Positions 24,251 to 36,730 of a stretch of 38,774 bases of DNA are shown piece by piece; within the stretch, counting starts at the first letter, position 1, and every line of letters begins with the position of its first letter. The notes under the pieces are model-generated. The model did no database searches. It was not told the DNA's origin and was given only the letters and a program-made list of their open reading frames with translations. A program made the position numbers and the translations under genes. The DNA lies in the NCBI RefSeq assembly GCF_001194135.2, contig NC_068983.1, forward strand, positions 108,061,488-108,100,261, given 5' to 3'. The stretch comes from Octopus bimaculoides. Its lineage: Eukaryota.

Positions 24251-24294
24251 GTCTCCAATGAAGGGATATAATATCCTGGAAACAGCTGTAAGTC
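24251..24294 (+). ncRNA. Degenerate hammerhead motif, partner copy (G5A by CpG decay, helix I mismatch)
   Basis: GUCU-CCAAUGA-AGGGAUAUAAUAUCCUG-GAAACAGCUGUA|AGUC. Confidence 0.55.
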
Positions 24295-24625
24295 CTTCTA
24301 TTTATAAATGTTCAAAAATCTTCACAGCCTTGGTTTTATTATCTCATTTTGAAAAGAATTTTTTTTATATATACACATGCTATATGACCTACGTTGGACT
24401 CCTTATTTGCATAATCACCGAACCTGGAGCTTAACTATGGTCTACCCATAGCACTTACTCAGAATTACCTGACACTTTTGGGTCTTACTGACACCATTAC
24501 CTCTTATAACCTTTCTCTCTCTCCCTCTATATATAATGTATATATCTGAGATTAAATACCTCTAAAATGCTTAATATTTCTAAAAAGATAAGCCTCAAGA
24601 ACAACTAAAGAATACAATTTCAGGC

Positions 24626-24629
<4 letters not shown>

Positions 24630-24717
<88 letters not shown>

Positions 24718-24722
24718 GAGAG
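24630..24722. repeat. (GA)n microsatellite
   Basis: Long GA run. Another GA-rich tract, containing a gap, is at 36851-36990. Confidence 0.95.
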
Positions 24723-25282
24723 GGGGGGGAGGGGTCAGGAGAAGGAAGAACATGCATTCTGAAAGTCATCACTAAAAAAACATCAGTATTTGAATATCAA
24801 AATACTGGAATGAAAGGAGACCAGATAATTAATTAGTTGTATAAAATATATTTGTTGCAAAATATACAGAGCAATAAACAATATACATAAGTATTTAAAG
24901 TTTGAATGTAGAGCAGGGTTCCTTCAGAATGTACTGGGTAATAGGTTGAACTCAATCAGAATACAGAATCATTCATTCCTCAGCTGATATTGAACAAAGT
25001 AAGTTCATTAGGAAGGGGCAGCAACAAACAAAATTTCCAGTTATATAGAAGTTAAAAAATTAATTGAAATCATGATTTTATTTCTTTATTACAGCATGAA
25101 TTAACTAACTATATTATGCTACATATGTTAACTAAATTAAACTATCTTTATTAAAAACATCATACTAATATTGAAACCTTGAGAAGTTAGAACAAATGAA
25201 GTGTCAGTTGCTTTGAAAATGAAATTCATCTAAAGAAACCTCAATAATTTATTATTAGAATTTTAATCTTTATCTTTTTATA

Positions 25283-25646
25283 TTTTACTTATTTCAGTCA
25301 TTAGACTGCGCCATGCTGGGGCACAAGCTTGAAGGGTTTAGTCAAACAAACTGACTCCAGTATTTACTTTTTGTTTTAAAGCTTGGAACTTATTATAATG
25401 TTCTCTTTTTGCCAAACCACTAGGTCATGCAAATGTAAAGAAATATCAGTTATCAAGTGGTGATGGGGCACACACACACACACGACAGGCTTCTTCAGTT
25501 TCCATCTGCCACATCCACTCACAAAGCTTTGGTCATCCCAGGGCTATAGTAGAAGACACTTACTCAAGGTGCCACACAGTAGGACTGAACCTGCGACCAT
25601 GTGATAGGAAAGGAAACTTCTTAATACACAGTCAAACCTGTACCTA
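25283..25646 (-). mobile_element. tRNA-derived SINE, near full length
   Basis: tttcagtcattagactgcgccatgctggggcac...gacaggcttcttcagtttcc...ctatagtagaagacacttactcaaggtgccacacagtaggactgaacc; tRNA-like head on the minus strand. Confidence 0.85.
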
Positions 25647-26838
25647 ATATTAATTAGTAAGATTTATATTATATATGAATTACATGGAATAGTCTATGTA
25701 TGTAAATGTTTTAGGGCTGAAATGCTGCTTGAGTAAATAGTTTAAATATTTGAATAACTCCAAATTCTAAATAATCTTTTACAATTTCAGAATAGAAAAC
25801 AAACACCATTTTGACTTATTGGATGTTTAAAATTCAATAGATAATCTGATAGCCAGTGAAACCATGCATAAAATGTAAGAGAATTCCTTGATCCCTGAAC
25901 GAAATTATTCCATGACTTCTATTTTCCTTTGCTACTTAGTGATGATAACAAAAAAGAAACAGAAAAACAAAATATTGAGAAAAGAGTGCAGAAAAATGAG
26001 CTGATGAAATACGAGAACTGTAAACAAAGATTTGCAGAATCAACAGTGATGGAGTCACAGCATAGCATCAACATTAGAAAAAGAAAGAAAAGAAAAAGAA
26101 AGAAAGACAGAAAGAGGAATTCTAGCGGAAATATTCTTCCAGCCTAAGCTGTTGTCTGAATGCATCTAAGAGACTGACATTGATTCCTCATGTAATGTCT
26201 TCAAAGTGTTGCTTATAATAGACTACCACTGTCACCGCCATTACTTCTACTGGTATAACCAGTTCCCAAAGGCAAATGTAAATGTGTGCAGAATGTAAGA
26301 GGATGTTTTGGAGACCAAGTGTAACCAGATAGATTAGTTAGCTTTGTCAGCTGAAATCTACAGTAAGCACATAAAGTGCCTAAGGATGTCATACTAAGTA
26401 GCAAAGAAAATTAAATGTAGTCAATGGAACAGGAAAAGAAACAAAATAAAAAGACATATTTCCATTACCCAACTTAGTTTAGGTGTACAATAACAGATGA
26501 TAAAAGCTCAATTGTTACAGAATTATATAGGAATGGATGACAGAGAGAAAGAGAGTGACAGTTAAAGAGAGAGAGAGAAATATAAATATTTTTTCAAATG
26601 ATTTTTCTAGATAAATCATTACTAGACATTTTCAGTGGATATACAAAAGTTGTTCATAAAAGTTATCTCTTCTTGAAGAAGTTTCTTTTTCTTTTTTCTC
26701 TAACTTATATATTTTTAGCACTCTGAGGTTGAATAAATTTTCATCAAGCTGGGATGAGGTCTTATTAGAATCTAAATTCTAATAAAGTTCTAAGTGAGAC
26801 ATGATGAAAAAATATATCATGAGTAATTTCTAGATGAA

Positions 26839-26873
<35 letters not shown>

Positions 26874-27008
26874 AGGCAGACTAAACTGAGAATTAAAAAA
26901 GAGCAAAAAATTGCAATGAAGCTTGACTTTATTCTGTTTAAATTTGACTAGCTTATATTNNNNNNNNNNNNNNNNNNNNNNNNNNNNNNNNNNNNNNNNN
27001 NNNNNNNN

Positions 27009-27046
<38 letters not shown>

Positions 27047-28963
27047 AGGCAGACTAAACTGAGAATTAAAAAAGAGCAAAAAATTGCAATGAAGCTTGAC
27101 TTTATTCTGTTTAAATTTGACTAGCTTATATTATATATGTTAAAGGAAAAACAGGAAAAACAAACTAATGCTTTCATTTATTTGATACCCCAGGATGAAA
27201 GAAAATTTCTCATAGCTTTTTCTAGTGTAAGTAATGATACAAAGTGGTAGTGAGAAGAATGTGAGAGAGGTTATTTTCCTTAATTTATGATGAACTGTAA
27301 TGATGTTTACAATAAAGAAACAGATTCCTTCCTAGAGCAATCTTACTTTTAATGAGAATATAATGGATCAAGAAAATAAACTAAAATAGAAATAAAACCT
27401 CAAAATCTCATACCAAAGATGTTCTCTGTGAGCAAAAAATTGTAATTGGTATCATCCACAGTAAATTGGGTGTGCATTGCCTATTTGGTATTATCATAAA
27501 GAAAAAGCAAATCCAAACAGAAGTTATTGTCTGATCTACTTGTTTGTAGGTTTATCTGGATAAAACATCCGCACCGATATTGGTGTAAAACAAAAAAAAA
27601 ATTGGCTTTAGGAGGTAAAGACAATTCTTAATAGAATTATTTACAATGTTGAGAAACTGCTCCAAATGATAATCTGCCATTTATATATATATATGTGTGT
27701 GTGTTTGGTGTGTTGTATATACAAGAATATGCATGCAAGGGTAAATTTTAAAAGATAAAAGAGCTTTGAGATTACTTAATTGCTCATTTCTGACTAAATG
27801 GTTAGTTAGTTATAACCTTCAAAGACTAATTTGAAAGAAAAATGTACATCGCAGTTTCAGAATATTTAAATATTTGTTGGAATGTATGGAAGACCTTAAG
27901 AGGTTAAACTGCTGATTAGTAATTCTTCTAAATGAGTGATTCCTTCTGTAAGAAGAAAATTATCCATAAGCCTTTATAGGGTTATCTTCATTTCAAAGGG
28001 TTGGAGAATGAATGAAGTTGATGCAGTTAATATGGAACTTAATGAATTGAGGATTTAATATTTAACAGGAATCCATGAGGTGGTGGAAATGTGTTTCATA
28101 GTGATATTAAACACTAAATGAAGAAGTTTATGTAAAACTTGATATTTAAAGAAGAGAAATTTTTTTAAAGAGTGAGAACTAGAAAAGCATTGTAATGATT
28201 AAATTTAATTAGATGTGGAACATAGCAAGTCTATTTGAAAGAGCAGGGTACATTAGCTAAGCACTTGAAGGGTAGAACTTTTAATTTAAGCAAATGATTT
28301 TCAACTGAATACATCTTAAAATGTCAATGGCCTCATACATTCCAAATTACAATACAATGTTTTTCTAGAGAGTAAACAACTGTTCCATTGAACAGTAAAT
28401 GTGGAAAATAAGCAGGATTCCTAGCATACTATTTCAAAAGTGCATATTTTCTTATAAAGGCACACCCATAAGTGCGACAAGTTTATATATGTCAAACACC
28501 ACATTCATTAAATCCACTGTGATTGAAACTGAGAAGCAATCAACACATCTGGGTTAATAAAATAATTTTGACCAAGAGCTAAAAAAATTGCAGATTACTT
28601 AAAGATGCAAGAAATACACTACAAGTCAACATTAAGCATAACTTACAGGCAACTGTCTATATGAAATCCTGGTCTAAAAACTGTATGCTATTAAATATGT
28701 TCTGTAATTTTACTTTCTCCACTCATTTAATACAATTATAATCTATAACATTCTAGTCATAACTTTACTTTGGATGATGATATAAGTGATGAATAAGAAC
28801 AATTATATGAAGTGAATTAATGAAAATGATAATTACTGTTATACTTAAAAACAACTTATTTGTAAGAACTGTAATCCATGAAGCTGAGAATCAGTTACAA
28901 ATTGTTCATGGCATGAATTATATATGATATGATTTGTCTTCCTTGTGTTATGTGTTATGTCTG

Positions 28964-29448
28964 TCTGTTCCCTCTTCATGGTCAAATGGCAGGACCAATG
29001 GTCACAATATTTTCCAGGATTACAAAGGAGGTAATAAGGAAGGTTGTTAGTGAAAAAAATGTAAATAGTATGATTATTTAGTGGATATTGAGTTTTGTAT
29101 TAATAAATCACATTTGATTTATTTTGTTAAAATTTCGGCAACAAGGATTAACTCTGGATTTCGCCCCCAATATAGTTCATGAATTTAGAGGGTTTAGATT
29201 TGTTATCTTGCTATAATGGGCATTATGTCCATCTGTCTGTCTGTCTCTTCATCTGTTCCCTCTTCATGGCCAGACAGCTGGACCAATGGTTACAATATTT
29301 TTCAGGATTACAAAGACAGTTGTCAGGAAGATTTTTAGCATTAAAAAATCATAAAGATATGATTATTTCATGGATATCGATTTTTTAATTGATGAACTAC
29401 CTTTGCATTTTTATTAAAAATTCACTGATCACAAGTAACTCTGGATTT
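28964..29448. repeat. Diverged tandem pair with ~288-bp period, each copy preceded by a tctg/gtct microsatellite (Helentron/HINE-like)
   Basis: Copies at 28964-29161 and 29252-29448. First 64 nt are 57/64 identical; both end in aactctggattt. Confidence 0.7.
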
Positions 29449-29460
29449 TCATTAAATAGT

Positions 29461-29940
29461 TTGTGGCCCCATCGTAGATATGAAGGAGGTCACAAAGATG
29501 GTTAATAGCGAAAATAAAATGGAAAAAGTATGTGTCAGTATGTAGTGTGTGTCATTATTTAACGGTTATTAAGTGTGTCAGTCTCGAGCAGGATTTGAAA
29601 CAGCTAATCGAAGCGGCTGTTGTTTACCTCTCAGGTTTGTCAATCAAAATAACTCATGGCACCAGAAAATTCAGACATTATTTGCATCGAACAGTGAGAG
29701 GTAAGTCTTAGTAAACAAGGCACAGGATCAGACTTTAGATAGTGTAGGTGTATTTTTACCCACTTCGACGTTTACACAGCCAGTTATACATCGCTAGGAG
29801 TAGAGCAATGGACTCCAGTAATTTGAAAATTAGAGTCGTCCAAACAGAAAATATTCTGTAGTGATATTGATATTATTTAAAGGAATATGATTCATAATTT
29901 AAATAAGGAAATTTGCGATCTTCGAATGTATAAGAGTATA
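29461..29940. promoter_or_regulatory. CpG-retaining promoter-like patch
   Basis: 13 CpG in 480 bp versus about 5 in 30901-33900. Inr-like TCAGT at 29535 and 29578. Confidence 0.45.
29635..29700 (+). other. Candidate exon: 66 nt, or the 3' part of a first exon starting near 29580
   Basis: Acceptor tgttgtttacctctcag|G and consensus donor GAG|gtaagt at 29701. Two frames are open (LSIKITHGTRKFRHYLHRTVR and FVNQNNSWHQKIQTLFASNSE). Confidence 0.45.
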
Positions 29941-30319
29941 ATATGTTTCATTCAATGCAGATCATTGCTGAAAATAAGGCTCAGGTCATGTTCCCCAGTA
30001 GACTTCTTAATACAATATGCAGATTTAAACATAGTAACATAATCCAAGTTGACATCTGTTTCCTTATCCTTTAAACAGTGAGAAAGGGTGACACAAATCT
30101 GTGTGCCAAGCAGGAAAAAAATTCAAAGTTATCTTTTCTAAAGCATAATTTAAGTACAAAATCTATAATAATTGTCAGCTTCTCATATATTAAAATTTAT
30201 AACATCATAAACAAAAACTTCCTTTAATGATGGTCATATCCATATAAAACTTTTAAGACATCAATTAATGATCTGCTGTTTTCTAATGAATCACAGATTG
30301 ATGTCTGTTGTTTAATGGT

Positions 30320-30700
30320 TAATGTATGCAACAAATAACAGGGTACTAGGAACAGATCCCTGTGGGACACTAGACATCATCACATAAAATGCTGCATGTT
30401 GTTCTAGTACTGTAACTACTTCTTTTCAAAAGAGAATGAAGGCTAATCTTTATAACTGATTGAAGTCTTTCAACCGGGTATAGAAGTTAGCCTTCAAGAC
30501 CATTGTAGAGAGCTTCACCATAAATCATTTGCGTGATATATAATCAAAAGCTTTGAAGTCAAGATAGTTAATATTCATCCATGAGCCACTATATGTGATT
30601 CAGGTGATATCTTCAAGAAATTTCATGAGTTAGCCACAGCAGATGAAGTTAGGAATAAATCCAAATTGGGAGGGTCGAATACGATTACATTACATAAGAT
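30320..30700 (-). mobile_element. CR1/L2-clade LINE reverse-transcriptase remnant
   Basis: SQFGF...LMKFLEDIT...YLDF, KAFD, and SSVPQGSVPSTLLFVAYIN match QHGF...YLDFxKAFD...SGVPQGSVLGPLLFxxYIND. Confidence 0.75.
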
Positions 30701-31482
30701 TTTCAACAGGGGAGAATAACAGATTCAAGATATTTCATTTCCTGAGATAACAAGATAGTGTTGAATGTTGATTACAAAATTATGTAAATAAATGTAGAAT
30801 ACATATTATTTCAACTTTTTCCCCCAACATCTGACTTTAAAAATTACCTTTCTCTTATTACAATTCAAGATAATGACTATAAAAATTTCTAAGAAAAAAG
30901 TTGTTTCAGTTGTTCAGAAATAATTCTTACATCCAACAGGATCAAGGTAGTTTTATTGCACAAAAAAAAAAAGTGTTATTAGAATACAATTTTTTTTTTT
31001 ACAGAAGTAAACAATCATTCATTAATTGAAAAAGTGAGTTCACTTCTCAATTTTGCATGATGATTCTGATGACAGAAAACTCAGGCTCTATTCACAAGAC
31101 ACTCAATGCAACCTTCAATAAGATAAAACATGAAAGCTCTACTTTATTTAAATATGTTCTAATTCATATTAAAATGATCCAATGATGAAAATAAATATTC
31201 AATGGACTTTAAAAAAATAAAAGTATCCATATTTGAAATGGTTCATTTTCTTGATTATTCATTCATATTTCAATTACTTAATTTCAAAAATTATCAAAAG
31301 AAAATGTTAAATTAAATTATAAAAAAATATTTAATAATCAATAAAAAAATTTATAAACTGTAATTTCTGCAAAAATGATTTCTCAATCTATCATGCAATT
31401 TAGCTGCAAAATTAACAAACCATATAATGTTAATCAAATTTTACATGTAAGATATATAGACATATTTATATATATACGTGTC

Positions 31483-31521
<39 letters not shown>

Positions 31522-32256
31522 AATGCATGCATGTATGTGAGTTTTATCCACTTTTTGAATATGATTATCATTGTAAACTTAATTTTTGAACTATTTCAAA
31601 AAGAAGTCATTTTTTTTTTTAAGTGGGGAAAAACTGACTGAAATGGATTCAAATTCAAAAACTAATAATCACTCAAGAATAAGTTTGGCAGTTTCTGAAT
31701 TGAGAAGAGATCCAAAAAAATAATGTTATGATTTATAAATATAAATGATTAGTTTAATATATTTATTGGGTCAGATTTTGTTTTTTTGCTTACATTTGGC
31801 TTCTTTCCAGCATTTACTTTCTACTTCTGATGTGATGCTGACTTAAACCAGTCTTATATTTAAAAATAAAATACAGCTGAACATAAAAGAAACACAAATT
31901 TGTCGAAAGCTGAAAACAATGGAAGTAAAACAATCAATGACCAAATCTTATTCTAGAAAGCTAACAATTTCCATTAATCTCTCTGGAACAGTGAATCAAA
32001 CAAAGTAATAAGGAATAAAATCAAAATTATTTCATAGCAAGAATAGTAAGAAATAAAAACTGGACAATTTGATAGTCAGAATGGTTTTATGATATGCTTC
32101 CATTTTGTTTCTTTTAATACCAGCAATAAAATGTTAGTCCAAAAATGATTACTTGGGCTATAAAGTTTCACACATGATTACAAAGACTTGTTGTTCTAAT
32201 TCTTCAAAGGTTAAATTAGCCAATACCAAATCTAAACAAGAATCATACATCTATTA

Positions 32257-32513
32257 TTAACATTGATCAGTTATTTTATTGGAGGGAAACTGTTTAATGC
32301 CAGCTTTTAAAATACAACTGGTTTCAAACATTTCCTTTATTTCTGAATAGTTAAAGCAATAGAAAAGGCAAAATAACTGGGAGGCTAAGGTATATGACCA
32401 GAAGCTCTGCAATGTTTCATTGGAAATGTATTTTTCAGTGCATTGGTTCAGCATCTGAGAGATGTTACTAGGAACAGCTAGACATTCTATCAAGATGAAG
32501 ATATGTTTCTCAT
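32257..32513 (-). CDS. Candidate terminal coding exon (84 codons after a phase-1 junction), product unknown
   Basis: Acceptor ctttttctttttgctatgttatgtag|AT, then an open frame EKHIFILIECLAVPSNISQMLNQC...KITDQC*. No homologue recognised; could be chance. Confidence 0.25.
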
Positions 32514-34093
32514 CTACATAACATAGCAAAAAGAAAAAGAGTAGGCACTAGACTTAAGAACACAAGTGCCCTTAAGAAGAAACATTTTTAGGGGAAAAAA
32601 TTATAGATAACATACATAATCTCTTTAATAATTTTAAATATTTTATTTTAATATTATTTTAAAGATTTCAATGTTTGCATTTCTAATTTAGCTTTAATTA
32701 TCTGGAGACTGTCCTCTTCTACTGAATTTGTAAACATTCCTACATTTTTACCAGCATAGAACTTGATTTATTTATTTAATTGACTACTTTGCATTATAGC
32801 ATTAAATCTAATATTAGCTGGAAAGTTTACAAATTTAGACTTTGGAGAAATTATTGGAGGAAATATTTTACAGTTGGAGCTGTCTGTTTCCTACTATTAA
32901 TTATAAACTGAAGAAGCATTCACTTTTATCTCTTTAATTGGCAGGTGAAGTATTTATTTAGTGCATTACCTTCCGGCTTATACTGTCTTAATTGGTACAG
33001 AAATGCTTAAGATTGGCTAATGTGTTTTTATGAATGAAGTAGGCAATATATATTTTGAACTTTATGAAAAAAGAAAACAGAGAAAAAGAAAATCGAATTC
33101 TAATTTGAATAACAGAGTAAATATTTTTTAATAAAACCAACACTTCTTTAATACATTTAGTTTCTCTTTTAGAGTGATTTATTTGCACTTAATGCAACCA
33201 AAACACAGACAGTGATGTAGACTCATCAATTAGATGCATATCCTCATTAATGTACTTCCACATTGATGATAATGTGGTGCCACTGAATTGTTTCCAGGTA
33301 ATACAGTTTTAATTATACAAATCAACAACCATTAAAGAATTTCCTACCAAGCAGAAATAAAATTACAAATATTAAGCCATAGATTAGCTACTTGATTCTA
33401 TAGTGGAATATCTCTTAGTTTTGGTGCAGAACATTTTGGTGAATATAACCCTTAAAGAACATCTCTCACATTGCAATGTTAACTACATTAAACTCCTTTA
33501 ACTTCAATGTAGATACAGCAATACATATTCAATAATATTATACATATGTCGTTGTAGAAAACTGGAATGAATTACCTCATAGTGTAAATATGATAACATA
33601 TGTGTAATAAAATGTGTAGTGCCATATAACAATCTATTTTATATGCTTGCAGATGATAACTACTGTATATAATATTGATATATTAGAAACTGACTATCAG
33701 AGCATGCATGACTCTGACAACTAGAAATGAATGAAATCTAACTTTAGTTAAGGAGCCTGCATATTCTCTCTACAAGATACAATTCCCAAAACCAATTTAG
33801 AAAAAGTTTAAATGCACACACACACATGTATACATATATATGTATACATACATGTATAGATATATATGTATACATACATGTATACATAGATGTATATATA
33901 TATATATGAGTGTGTGCATGCACGCACACACACACACGCACACACATATATACACACAAACACAGTAATATAGACTTAACAATAGAAACCAATATTAAAT
34001 GCATAAAATTTTCCACTGCTGAAAATTAAATTATACACAACTCGTACACAATATAGACTGTCACCATATTTTTGATAAATAAACATTACTAAC

Positions 34094-34144
34094 CTTTCTC
34101 TGTGATCCTGAAGCCTTTGTTCTTGGGGTAGAAATCCCTTGCAC
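34094..34144 (-). CDS. Candidate 51-nt internal exon, product unknown
   Basis: Strong acceptor tttttttgtcttttacag|G, donor AAG|gttagt, length divisible by 3, GC-richer than flanks. All frames are open (VQGISTPRTKASGSQRK, ARDFYPKNKGFRITEK, CKGFLPQEQRLQDHRE). Confidence 0.5.
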
Positions 34145-34268
34145 CTGTAAAAGACAAAAAAATGGTTTAGACCAACAAAAGATTTGACAGAATAAAACTG
34201 AGGTTTCTAAAAAGAAATCTTGCTGAAATTGGCTACAATAATGGAAATGAAATTAGATTGCAATTTTT

Positions 34269-34270
<2 letters not shown>

Positions 34271-34312
<42 letters not shown>
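34271..34312. repeat. (TAA)n microsatellite
   Basis: 14 TAA units. Confidence 0.95.
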
Positions 34313-34314
<2 letters not shown>

Positions 34315-36459
34315 GATATATGAACTACAATGGAAGTCAGAGAGTGAAATAAGTAAATTTAACTGAAAAGTAATGTACAGTATATGTTATTTTACTATCT
34401 TTTAAAGTTATAAACGCAAAAGTCATTTTAAACATTTCGTTTCTATGAGAACTGAGAATCTTGGAGAAACTGAAAAAAAAAAAACCTTGTTAAGAGCAAG
34501 TGACATTACAAAGATTGAAAGAATGATGAATAAGAATGGTTAAATGAGAATTATCACTGGTTATCTTAGTTTATCATAAACTCTGAGTAAGGTACTTTTG
34601 TGGCAGAAGTGTGCTTACTTATCATTAATACCTAGTGAACCATTAATGATTTAAAGAATGTTATTTCTTACATAAATACACAGCAGGCTTTCCACACTAT
34701 TAGCTAATGGTTCTGAATGATGGGGTGTTTCTTTTAAAAAGCAATGATCTAAATTATTCAGAACACTAAAAAGTATATGTATAATTATTCAATATTGCAT
34801 AAATTGCAAGCAATTGGATCATATTAAATATCAACAATTATGATTCCCAAACCTTTCACGTCTCCATATACTTGGTGACATTTCTTTTTTATAGGTATAT
34901 ATCTATTACACGCTCATACAATAATAATATATGCGCAACTATCTGCCAAATATAAAAATACACAAATGTAAGTGTGATATTTGTAATTGATAACAGAAAG
35001 AAAATCAAGTGTTGAACTCACTGCCCAAGACAATTTTATTCAAAATAGCAAAAAGGTGGGTTATATGTTTTAATTTTTGTAAAGTTAATGATTTAAATAC
35101 GGTTATCTTATTCATATTATACCTGCTAGAATAACAGAGATCAAATGCAATGCTGAAAAATTATGCTGAAATTGAAAGACTGAAAATATAATTCAAGAAA
35201 GGTGAAATTTTAGAATTTGACAAGGACAAAGAATGAAAATTTTGTATTAATTACAAATAGAAAACACTAAAGGAGATAATTCTAAAATCAAATGCAAATT
35301 AGTTGTGATAGGTATTTTAGATATAAATAGTTTAATTTTGGTACATCAACAAGAATACTTTTAAAAAAAAGTCCTGTTAAGAAGCAATAATATATTTCAG
35401 GTGCATTTTACTGTCAATTAATTTTAATGAAGATAGAAAAAAAATAAACTTATTACAAAAATATATTACTTAATGTATAACTGTATAACACTGATGACTG
35501 AGAAAAAAAAAGTTACCTTTCAAATAAAACTATATCAATAAAACAAATTCTAAAAAAAAATCTTCATTTTGAAAATACATATTCAGTTCATTAGTTTCTC
35601 CCATACATCACCATCTTTAGTATCTTAAATTTCGTTTGAAGATTTGATGTTTGAACATTTGCTCAATAAACATGTCCCACTCTGTGCTCAGTTCTATAGA
35701 ATATAATTTCTTGAGATGTCAGAATACTTAGGCACATGAAATTTCTTTTACTGAGTTCATTTCTCTTATTTTTGAACTGGTTGATGATGCTACCTATTTG
35801 CAAAATGCTGGATTTGTCCTCAGATTTTGATCATAGTCATTTAACTATTGTGACATAATAAAAACAATATCCTCAGAAGCGGCTCTTGATTTAGCCATAT
35901 AATAACCAGTCAAGCTAATCTTTAGAGTGTGTGTGTAGTGTGCATCAATAATACTATTTACCAACATCTCTGCACCATTTACGGCTACATTCTCAATTAC
36001 TAAATTATTAGATACCTAAAGTAATGCATATCTCAGCTAGTTTCCTGTGATTACATAAGCACAAAGAGTAATCAAGTAATTACATTCTAACATTCTGCCT
36101 ACATTGCTAGTGCCACTGAGAACAATAACTGAAAATAAATTTTAGGTAAAACTACAAAAACAAAAATAAGATTCAAACTGTATCCAAGTGATGTTTTAAA
36201 AGTTTCAATTAAAAGGTCAAACACATTCCAACTAAGGAAAATATCCAGTATTTGACAAAATAGGGAACAGCTAATTTGAGTAGCAATTGTTGGTAAGCTT
36301 CAAACAAATGTATACAAATACACTATAAGTCATTGGTGGTAATCTAGACAAATGACATTGTTTAGACTCTTACATAGCTTCAAAACTTAATATATATAAA
36401 CACATATATGTGTGCATGTGAGCACATTTGTATAATTTTTAACATCACTAGTGCAGGTG

Positions 36460-36730
36460 GCATGGAAAAAGGCCTAGTACACATTGTGAAGTTGAACCAA
36501 GCAGAAACAGCACAATGATTAAGAGGACACTTTAGTCTTGCTGAGAACAACAGAGATGCTATAGTTCTGCTGCCATAAAAAAAAGCAATCATTAAGGGCA
36601 TCAAGCCACAGAAACCATGCTGAAATTGAGACACTGGAGCAAGAGTAAACTGTCCAGTCTATCACATCCTGTCAAACTGTCATACTCATGCCAGCATGGA
36701 AGGTAGACATTAAATGATAAGGATGGCATA
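36460..36730 (+). mobile_element. Decayed RTE LINE 3' end
   Basis: Ends in catgccagcatggaaggtagacattaaatgataag, the same tail as the other RTE-type copies in this window. Confidence 0.5.

Larger units (their letters stand above)
23679..24373. mobile_element. Long foldback: two inverted ~331-bp arms with a 33-nt spacer, probably inverted Penelope-like terminal repeats
   Basis: Arms 23679-24009 and 24043-24373 are reverse complements, roughly 85-90% identical by eye. Both end outward in (TA)n and each carries a hammerhead motif. Confidence 0.85.

Noticed and set aside
25929-26147. 72-aa Lys/Arg-rich ORF resembling a nuclear localisation signal
   Set aside because: Produced by an A/G-rich (GAAAA)n low-complexity tract; no splice or domain support.
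26213-26404. 63-aa minus-strand ORF in GC-richer sequence
   Set aside because: Probably an old interspersed repeat, but I could not match any diagnostic motif.
26871-27132. Exact 89-bp direct duplication (26871-26959 and 27044-27132)
   Set aside because: The copies are identical, flank a 49-N gap and both follow (TA)n. This is the signature of an unmerged contig overlap, not biology.
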